Source: Massilia kyonggiensis (GTDB taxonomy: Bacteria; Pseudomonadota; Gammaproteobacteria; Burkholderiales; Burkholderiaceae_D). From it: a DNA stretch of 64,000 bases. The translations under genes were made by a program, and so were the position numbers. Location of the stretch: the NCBI GenBank assembly GCA_966212285.1, contig CBIHQW010000007.1:19961-83960 (forward strand). The letters run 5' to 3'. Below are positions 57,544-64,000 of the stretch, piece after piece; position 1 is the stretch's first letter; the number at the start of each line of letters is the position of its first letter. The notes beneath the pieces were generated by a model. The model was not told where the DNA came from, did not search any database, and saw only the letters and a list, made by a program, of their open reading frames with translations.

Positions 57544-58524
57544 TCAATACTGGCGGATCCATACCACCTTCGGCCCGCCGCCCGCCACCAGGTTCGGCGT
57601 GCGCTGGATCAGCGCCTGCGCGTCCAGTGCTGCACGGTCCAGGCGGATGCGGCTGTCGACGAAGAACCAGTCGCTTCTCACGCTCGCCGCACCCTCCGTC
57701 AGCTTCCGGTCGTGGATGTCGTTTTGGAAATAATTGAGATCGCGCCACGCCGCCTGCTTGCGCCGCACGATCAGCGTATTCGCTTCCGACACCGACATGT
57801 CCGGCACCACGGCCGCCAGCACTTCCGCCGGCGCCGTGTTCACGTTCACCGGCGTCTTCGACACCGGCAGCACCGTCACGAATGGCCGCAGCCGCTCGAC
57901 GATCGCTGGCGTCACACCCCGCACCGACAACAAATCCTCCACCTGCAAGATCTTCACCGGCGCGCCGACCACGGGTGCGGCCTGCCGCGTCGGATCGTTG
58001 CCCTCTTCCATCGTGGCCGGCAATCCGGCCGCGACGAAGTTCGCGATGCGCTGCGCCAGGCCCTGGTCCAGCTGCAGGTTGTTCAGCAGGCGTCTGAAGA
58101 TCTCCTGCTGCAGCGGATCCGGCAACCCGCGGCTCATCCCCAGATTGCGTAAATTGTAACGCGAGCATGCGTCGGTAATGTTACCGGACAGGCTCGCATC
58201 GAACGTTTCTCCTTCGACCCGCTGGCGTTCGACGTACTGGTCGAGGCGCGTTTCCGCCAGCGGCGTTGCCCACACCTGGTCGAGCGACGTGTAGTCGCGG
58301 TGGTCGATGCCGTCCTGGAACAGGACCAGCGTCGCCCAGTCGAGCGCGCCGCGCAGGATCCACTTGGTCTGCAAGTGCAGGCGCTGGTTTTCCATCGAAC
58401 GCACCTGCACCTGCTGCTGCCAGAACAGGCTGGCGACGATCGCGATCGCCAGCGTCGTGAGCAGCAGCGCGGTGATCACGGCCACGCCGCGTTCGCGCGC
58501 GGGTCGGCGCTGTCGCGTTCTCAT
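57544..58524 (-). CDS. gspK: Type II secretion minor pseudopilin K
   Basis: RG|VAVITALLL, LDQVWATPL, VNVNTAPAEVLAA. Confidence 0.92.
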   Translation of the reverse strand: MRTRQRRPARERGVAVITALLLTTLAIAIVASLFWQQQVQVRSMENQRLHLQTKWILRGALDWATLVLFQDGIDHRDYTSLDQVWATPLAETRLDQYVERQRVEGETFDASLSGNITDACSRYNLRNLGMSRGLPDPLQQEIFRRLLNNLQLDQGLAQRIANFVAAGLPATMEEGNDPTRQAAPVVGAPVKILQVEDLLSVRGVTPAIVERLRPFVTVLPVSKTPVNVNTAPAEVLAAVVPDMSVSEANTLIVRRKQAAWRDLNYFQNDIHDRKLTEGAASVRSDWFFVDSRIRLDRAALDAQALIQRTPNLVAGGGPKVVWIRQY

Positions 58525-59192
58525 GGTTCCCCCAGCAGGAAGGATTTGACCATCGGCTGTTGCAGGTTCTGGGACTGCAACGCGACCTGCAGGCCGGTCG
58601 GTTCGTTGCTCACCTGTGCCGCCGGGTCGGACTGAGGCTGCGTTTGCGGCTGCACCTGGACCGTACCGGCCGCATTCGCGCCGGGATCGACGCCGCCCTG
58701 GCGCCACGAGTTGTTGATCCAGGTCGCGGCCTGCATGCCCGTCACGCCCGTCTGCAGCGCCACGGACGGATTGGTGTCGGCATTGCTGGTGACGGCCTGC
58801 CACAGCGCGTCGAGCTGCACGAGGTCGCGCACCGGCTGCGATTCGCGCCGCATCAAGGTGCCGTTGACGATGCGGTACGCGACCACCTGCAGCCGCGACG
58901 GCTGGTTTTCCGTGAACACTTCGCGCACGAGCGTGAGGCTGTCGGCGCCGACGAGGAGATACGGCCGCTGGTCGACGACGTCGCGCTGGGCGATGTGTTC
59001 GCAATCGCTCTGCATCTGGGCGAAGGCCAGCTGCATGCCGCGCGTCGTCTCCATCTGCTGCGTGAGGGCCACGCGCGCGCGCACGATGCCGTCCAGTCCG
59101 CGCCAGCCGAGCACGGCCACGATGGCCAGGATGCTGATCGCCACGAGCAGCTCCACCAGGGTGAAGCCGCCGGCCCGGGAATGCGTTCTCAT
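58521..59192 (-). CDS. gspJ: Type II secretion minor pseudopilin J
   Basis: GG|FTLVELLVAISILAIVA prepilin motif. Confidence 0.9.
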   Translation of the reverse strand: MRTHSRAGGFTLVELLVAISILAIVAVLGWRGLDGIVRARVALTQQMETTRGMQLAFAQMQSDCEHIAQRDVVDQRPYLLVGADSLTLVREVFTENQPSRLQVVAYRIVNGTLMRRESQPVRDLVQLDALWQAVTSNADTNPSVALQTGVTGMQAATWINNSWRQGGVDPGANAAGTVQVQPQTQPQSDPAAQVSNEPTGLQVALQSQNLQQPMVKSFLLGEP

Positions 59193-59593
59193 CGCCACGG
59201 TTTCAGCACCAGTTGCACCAGCTTGACGATGCGCCGGTTGGGGTTTTCGATGTCGTACACGGAGACCTCGACCCGGCGCAGGCGCGGGTTCGGGCTGGCG
59301 ATCACTTCTTCCTGGCACACGAGGTGCAGGTCGCCCTGCGGGCAATCGAAGCTGTGCTTGCCGATGTCGGGGAATTCCTTGCCGAGACGGATCTGCACGA
59401 GCCGGTTTTCCGCTGACCACGTCGCCATCATCGAGGCGCGCAGGCCGGTGCTGTTGGCGGTCAGGCTGCCGACGGCGCGCAGGCCCGCGCTCAGCGCCGT
59501 GCCCACGATGACGAGGGCCACGAGCACTTCGAGCAGCGTGAAGCCGCGTTGCCGGTTCGGGAATCGCATGCCGTTCATCGTTGCCCTCGTCAC
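59189..59593 (-). CDS. gspI: Type II secretion minor pseudopilin I (start uncertain)
   Basis: RG|FTLLEVLVALVIVG; WSAENRL. Confidence 0.92.
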   Translation of the reverse strand: MTRATMNGMRFPNRQRGFTLLEVLVALVIVGTALSAGLRAVGSLTANSTGLRASMMATWSAENRLVQIRLGKEFPDIGKHSFDCPQGDLHLVCQEEVIASPNPRLRRVEVSVYDIENPNRRIVKLVQLVLKPWR

Positions 59594-60066
59594 TCCACCG
59601 TGAAGTGCCCGACGCCGTCGGCGCGGATGGCGACACGGTCGTTGCCGCTGGCCAGCGTGAGCACGAACGGCTTGTCGACCGGTTCGCTGCCGAACGTGAT
59701 CCGCAGCGGATTCAGGGTGCCCGCGCTGGTCGGGTCCAGCAGCAGGGTCAGCGGGGCATTCTTGAAGTCGCGCTCGCGCAGCAGGTCGTCGTTCGTGATC
59801 GGTTGCCAGCGCGTTTCGGTGCGCACGAGGAAGTGGTAGCGCTCGGGCGTGGCTTCGAACGCGACGAGGCGGTTGCGCACGATGGCTTCGTCGCGCGCCA
59901 GCTGCAGCAGCAGCGCAATGCGCTGCGCTTCCTTCTGCAGGTCCTGGTGCGGGCTGGGAATGGCATTGAGGCTGGCCAGCCCCAGCGTGACGCCGATGAT
60001 GACCATCACGACCATGATCTCCACCAGGGTGAAGCCGCCGGCGCGGCCCGGCGCGCGCGTGGTCAT
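59590..60066 (-). CDS. gspH: Type II secretion minor pseudopilin H
   Basis: GG|FTLVEIMVVMVIIG; LLQLARDEAI. Confidence 0.9.
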   Translation of the reverse strand: MTTRAPGRAGGFTLVEIMVVMVIIGVTLGLASLNAIPSPHQDLQKEAQRIALLLQLARDEAIVRNRLVAFEATPERYHFLVRTETRWQPITNDDLLRERDFKNAPLTLLLDPTSAGTLNPLRITFGSEPVDKPFVLTLASGNDRVAIRADGVGHFTVE

Positions 60067-60079
60067 CGACACACCTACG

Positions 60080-60535
60080 TTATTTGTTGTCCCACGAACC
60101 GACGTCGGCATCCTCGCCGGTACCGCCCGGCTGGCCGTCCGCGCCCAGCGAGAACACGTCGATCTCGCCGTGCAGGCCAGGCGACAGGTACTGGTACGGA
60201 TTGCCCCACGGGTCCTTCGGCAGCTTGTCGATGTAGCCGCCTTCCTTCCAGCCGTTGGCGGCCGGGCCGCTGGTCGGCTTCTGGACGAGGGACTGCAGGC
60301 CCTGCTCCGTGGTCGGATAGCGCTGGTTATCGAGCTTGTACATCTTGAGTGCCGACATCAGCGTGGCGATGTCGACGCGGGCCGCGGTCACGCGCGACTC
60401 GCCGGTGCGGCCCAGCAGCTTGGGCACGACGAGCGCGCCCAGGATGCCGATGATGACCACGACGACCATGATTTCGACGAGGGTGAAACCGCCCTGGCGG
60501 CGCTGCCGTGCGAAACGATGCTTGAAGTTCTGCAT
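60080..60535 (-). CDS. gspG: Type II secretion major pseudopilin G
   Basis: GG|FTLVEIMVVVVIIGILGALVVP, YPTTEQGL, LPKDPWGNPY, SLGADG. Confidence 0.97.
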   Translation of the reverse strand: MQNFKHRFARQRRQGGFTLVEIMVVVVIIGILGALVVPKLLGRTGESRVTAARVDIATLMSALKMYKLDNQRYPTTEQGLQSLVQKPTSGPAANGWKEGGYIDKLPKDPWGNPYQYLSPGLHGEIDVFSLGADGQPGGTGEDADVGSWDNK

Positions 60536-60602
60536 AGATATGATGGATATGGTCGAAAAAACAGTATAAGGCCGAACGAGTCGGGATGACGTTAAAAGTC
60601 GT

Positions 60603-60618
60603 TTGGAAAATGTTCCAA
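60603..60618. promoter_or_regulatory. Palindrome upstream of the gsp operon
   Basis: TTGGAA-AATG-TTCCAA, 68 nt upstream of gspG. Confidence 0.4.
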
Positions 60619-60699
60619 CTCGTCAGGAAAATTGTCTAATTGTAAGACGGCCGGCGCAAAAAGACACCTTCCGCGTAAAGGCCGGTGCCGCAGCCCATT

Positions 60700-61455
60700 C
60701 TACGCCGGGCGCCCCGCGCAAACGGGGCAGCACGAATTGCGCGCCACGCCGATCTCCGTCCATTCCATGACGCGCGCATCCAGCATCTGCAGCCGGCCTG
60801 CCAGCGAACGGCCGCTTTGGGCCATCAGCTTCAACGCCTCGGCCGCCTGCATGGCGCCGATGATGCCGACCAGCGGCGCGAACACGCCCATCGTGCTGCA
60901 CGCCACTTCCTCGAACCTGCCATCCTCCGGGAACAGGCAGGCATAGCAGGGCGAAGCGGGATCGCGCACGTCGAAGACCGAGATCTGCCCGTCGAAACGG
61001 ATCGCGGCGCCCGCGACGAGCGGGACGCCGGCGGCCACGCAGGCGCGGTTGACGGCATGGCGGGTGGCGAAGTTGTCGCTGCAGTCGAGTACGACATCGG
61101 AATCGCGCACGAGTTCCCCTAAACGTGCGGCATCGGCGCGTTCACGCAAGGCGACGACCTCGACCTCGGGATTGATCTGGTGCAGGGCTTCGCGTCCGGA
61201 CTCGACCTTGGGCTGGCCGACGCGCGCCGTCGTGTGCATCACCTGGCGCTGCAAATTCGTCAGGTCGACGGTGTCGTCGTCGACGAGCGTCAGGCGGCCC
61301 ACGCCGCCCGCGGCGAGGTACAGCGCGGCCGGCGAGCCGAGGCCGCCGGCGCCGATCACGAGCACGCGCGCGGCCAGGAGGCGCTCCTGGCCTTCGATGC
61401 CGATCTCGTCGAGCAGGATATGGCGCGAATAGCGGAGCAGTTGCTGGTCGTTCAT
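60700..61455 (-). CDS. moeB: MoeB/ThiF-family adenylyltransferase
   Basis: RYSRHILL, IGAGGLGS, DDDTVDLTNLQRQ, DCSDNF, CYAC, C-terminal CPVC. Confidence 0.92.
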   Translation of the reverse strand: MNDQQLLRYSRHILLDEIGIEGQERLLAARVLVIGAGGLGSPAALYLAAGGVGRLTLVDDDTVDLTNLQRQVMHTTARVGQPKVESGREALHQINPEVEVVALRERADAARLGELVRDSDVVLDCSDNFATRHAVNRACVAAGVPLVAGAAIRFDGQISVFDVRDPASPCYACLFPEDGRFEEVACSTMGVFAPLVGIIGAMQAAEALKLMAQSGRSLAGRLQMLDARVMEWTEIGVARNSCCPVCAGRPA

Positions 61456-62942
61456 CGCTTCGGCGCAGCCGGCCTGGCGCCGTCCTTGAGTTCGGCCGGT
61501 TTCGGCTCCTGTCCCGGCAGGCTGGCCGGCGCCGGCTTGTCCTCGTCCGGATCGGCCTTGGCGAGCTGCACTTTCAAACCCTTGAAGTGATTCAGGGCTT
61601 GGGCCAGCTGGAAATCGTCCTTGCCGCCGAATTCGACCGGCTTGGCATTCTTCAGCGCGGCCATGGTGAACTGCTCTTCCTCGAGCTCGTCGCGGCGCTT
61701 CGCGTTCGCGCTCTTGCCGGCTGCCTCGTTCGTCAGGTGGTGGTCCAGGTCGGCTTCGCGCACGCGCACGGCGTTCAGGCCGTCGCCCTCCGGCGTCTCG
61801 TCGACCTTCAGGTCCGGCACGATGCCCAGCGCCTGGATCGACCGGCCCTTGGGCGTGTAGTAGCGCGCGATCGTCAGCTTGACGGCCGTGTCGGGCGTGA
61901 GCTGGCGCAGGTCCTGCACGGAGCCCTTGCCGAACGTCTGGCTGCCCATCACGATGGCGCGCTTGTAATCCTGCAGCGCGCCCGCGACGATTTCCGAGGC
62001 CGATGCCGAGCCCGTGTTGACGAGCACCACCATCGGCACGGTCTTCAGCGCGGCCGGCAACCTGGCCAGCGGATCGGCGCCCGGCTTGACGGCATAGAAC
62101 TCGCGCCGGCCGTAGTACGTGACGTTCGACGTGGGCATCTGGCCCTTGGTCGAGACGATCACGTCGTTCGCCGGCAGGAACGCGGCGGACACGCCGATCG
62201 CGCCCTGCAGCAGGCCGCCCGGGTCGTTGCGCAGGTCCAGCACGAGGCCCTTGATGTTCGGGTTGCGGGCGTACAGGTCCTTCAGCTTGTCCGCGACCTC
62301 GTCGACGGTCTCTTCCTGGAACTGGTTGATGCGCAGCCACGCATAGCCGGGCTCGATCATCTTCGCCTTGACGCTGACCACCTTGATTTCCTCGCGCTCG
62401 ACCGGTACGACCCACGGCGCGTCCGCGCCGCGGCGGGCGATGGTCAGCATGACCTTGCTGTGCGGCTCGCCGCGCATGTGCTTGATGGCGTCGTCCAGCG
62501 ACAGTCCCTTGACGGGCACGTTGTCGATGCGGGTGATCAGGTCGCCGGCCTTGATGCCGGCGCGGTAGGCGGGCGACTCCTCGATGGGCGAGACGATCTT
62601 GACGTAGCCGTCTTCCATCGCGACCTCGATGCCGAGGCCGACGAAGCGGCCCTGCACCTCTTCGCGCATCTCGGCGAAATCCTTCTGGTCCAGGTAGACG
62701 GAATGCGGATCGAGCGAATTCACCATGCCGGCGATGGCGTCCGACAGCAGCTTCTTGTCGTCGACCTTCTCGACGTAATCGCTCTTGATGAGGGCATACA
62801 CGTCGGCCAGCTGGCGCAGCTCGTCCAGCGGCAGGGGCGCATCGCCGCCCTTTTGTGCCAGCGCCGAGTACTGGACCGAGGCGGCCACCCCGGCCACCAT
62901 GCCGAGGCCGATCAGACCGAGGTTCTTGAGTTTCTTGCCCAT
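61452..62942 (-). CDS. ctpA: Carboxy-terminal processing protease (S41, PDZ)
   Basis: LDPHSVY, GLGIEV (PDZ), DLRNDPGG, SASASEIVAGALQD, TFGKGSVQ. Confidence 0.95.
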   Translation of the reverse strand: MGKKLKNLGLIGLGMVAGVAASVQYSALAQKGGDAPLPLDELRQLADVYALIKSDYVEKVDDKKLLSDAIAGMVNSLDPHSVYLDQKDFAEMREEVQGRFVGLGIEVAMEDGYVKIVSPIEESPAYRAGIKAGDLITRIDNVPVKGLSLDDAIKHMRGEPHSKVMLTIARRGADAPWVVPVEREEIKVVSVKAKMIEPGYAWLRINQFQEETVDEVADKLKDLYARNPNIKGLVLDLRNDPGGLLQGAIGVSAAFLPANDVIVSTKGQMPTSNVTYYGRREFYAVKPGADPLARLPAALKTVPMVVLVNTGSASASEIVAGALQDYKRAIVMGSQTFGKGSVQDLRQLTPDTAVKLTIARYYTPKGRSIQALGIVPDLKVDETPEGDGLNAVRVREADLDHHLTNEAAGKSANAKRRDELEEEQFTMAALKNAKPVEFGGKDDFQLAQALNHFKGLKVQLAKADPDEDKPAPASLPGQEPKPAELKDGARPAAPKR

Positions 62943-62970
62943 GCTGTTCCCTGGATTGTGCTTCCGGAAA

Positions 62971-64000
62971 TTAGAACCTGACCCAACTCGACGGATCGAA
63001 CGCTTTTCCCAGATGCCTGAGCTCGAAGTATAGCCCCGATTCCTCGTTACCGCCGGTATTGCCGGCACTGGCGATGACGTCGCCAGGCTTGACGGCGTCG
63101 CCGGCCTGTTTCACCAAGGTCTGGTTGTTGCCATAGATCGACAGGTACTCGCCACCGTGGTTGATGATGATCAGGTTGCCGTAGCCGCGCATCCAGTTGG
63201 CGAACACGACACGCCCCGCCGCGATGGCGCGCACGTCGGTCCCTTCGGGCGCCTTGATGAACATGCCGCGCCACGTCGGACCGTCGCCGCGCTTGGCGCC
63301 GAAGCGGGCCGCGATCTTGCCGGAGATCGGCGCCGGCAGCCGGCCGCGCAGGCTTTCGAACGCGCCGCTCGGCAGGTCGGCGGCCAGCGCGGTGTCGGCC
63401 GTGCGCTGCGGTGCTTCCGGCTTTTGCGGCGGCTCTTCCGCCACCCGCGTCTCTTCCGGCTCCGGTTTCGGCGGCGGCAACGGTTTCACGGGCTTGCCGG
63501 TCTTGGCGGCCTCCTTGGCGGCTTCGCGCGCGAGGCGTTCGCGTTCTTCGCGCTGCGCCTTCGCCCGCGCCAGCGCACGCTCGCGGGCTTCGGCGGCCGC
63601 TTTTGCGCGCGCGGCGGCAAGTGCCTGCTGACGCTTGCGCTCGGCCGCGGCCGCGATTTCCTGTTCGCGGATCAGGCGCGTCAGGCGGTCGACGAGGCCG
63701 CTCATGCGCTGCTCGTCCTGCTCCAGGCGGCTCGCCTGCTTGCGCTGGTCCGTCAGCTTGCTCGACAGGTTCGCCAGCAGGGTCGCCCGTTTCGCCTTTT
63801 CCTTTTCGAGCAGCGCCTTTTGCGACTTCTGCTCTTGTGCAATTTCTTCCAGCTCGTCCTTGGCATTCTGCGTCTCGGCGTGGTTCGCCTCGACGGCCGC
63901 CAGGTTCGCGCGCAGGGAATTCAGTAATTTCGCTTGCGCCTGCGATACGTAGGCCATCATCTGCAGGTCGCGGTTGATCCGGTTCGGGTTATCGCCCGAC
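62971..64000 (-). CDS. envC: Murein hydrolase activator EnvC (M23/LytM); 5' end beyond the window
   Basis: Long coiled coil, then WRGMFI, YGNLIIINHGG, LYFELR. The LytM metal ligands are degenerate, as in EnvC. Confidence 0.9.
   Translation of the reverse strand, partial: SGDNPNRINRDLQMMAYVSQAQAKLLNSLRANLAAVEANHAETQNAKDELEEIAQEQKSQKALLEKEKAKRATLLANLSSKLTDQRKQASRLEQDEQRMSGLVDRLTRLIREQEIAAAAERKRQQALAAARAKAAAEARERALARAKAQREERERLAREAAKEAAKTGKPVKPLPPPKPEPEETRVAEEPPQKPEAPQRTADTALAADLPSGAFESLRGRLPAPISGKIAARFGAKRGDGPTWRGMFIKAPEGTDVRAIAAGRVVFANWMRGYGNLIIINHGGEYLSIYGNNQTLVKQAGDAVKPGDVIASAGNTGGNEESGLYFELRHLGKAFDPSSWVRF

Noticed and set aside
52980-58200. Patches of lower-GC codon usage in gspD and gspK as a sign of horizontal transfer
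   Set aside because: The shift is mild and judged by eye only, and there are no mobility genes or boundaries; a sliding-window GC3/codon analysis would be needed.
1-64000. CRISPR arrays, rRNA, tRNA, insertion sequences
   Set aside because: No regularly spaced direct repeats, cloverleaf or rRNA signatures, transposase motifs or terminal inverted repeats with target duplications were seen.

Overview
This is a high-GC, densely coding betaproteobacterial chromosome segment. Gene content and order are most consistent with Oxalobacteraceae (Massilia/Telluria-like); that assignment is inference, not a database result. No rRNA, tRNA, CRISPR array, transposase or prophage was seen. From left to right the window holds: (1) a fused indolepyruvate:ferredoxin oxidoreductase-family gene (cut by the window edge) divergent from an Lrp/AsnC regulator; (2) a LacI-controlled (acetyl-galacto)glucomannan oligosaccharide locus (MFS, GH3, GH5, GH27, SGNH esterase; divergent LacI, AGE-family isomerase, PfkB kinase); (3) a second LacI-controlled sugar ABC system with a PfkB kinase and a LamB-like porin; (4) a GNAT gene and a beta-propeller/Y_Y_Y diguanylate cyclase; (5) core genes slt, an NDUFA9-like reductase, a GST, cca and a 5-formyl-THF cyclo-ligase; (6) the SAM cycle metK, ahcY, a membrane protein and metF, with a SAM-II and an SAH riboswitch; (7) two lipid A-type acyltransferases, dapF, a Sel1-repeat gene, a porin, DUF484, xerC, a CobW-family GTPase, dksA, a STAS-repeat protein, hslVU and a small basic ORF; (8) a cupin/XRE pair, a type II secretion cluster gspGHIJKLMNDEFC, and moeB, ctpA, envC. 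The most unusual items are: a cytoplasmic Sel1-repeat protein ending in what looks like a catalytically dead tyrosine-recombinase-like domain, sitting between dapF and DUF484-xerC; a readable two-state translational platform behind the metK SAM-II aptamer; an internally duplicated helical+STAS protein; a one-cysteine (likely Zn-free) DksA beside a His-rich CobW chaperone; and a strongly SD-led 65-aa basic ORF behind hslVU. All protein-family calls come from motif recognition by eye, without HMM searches.
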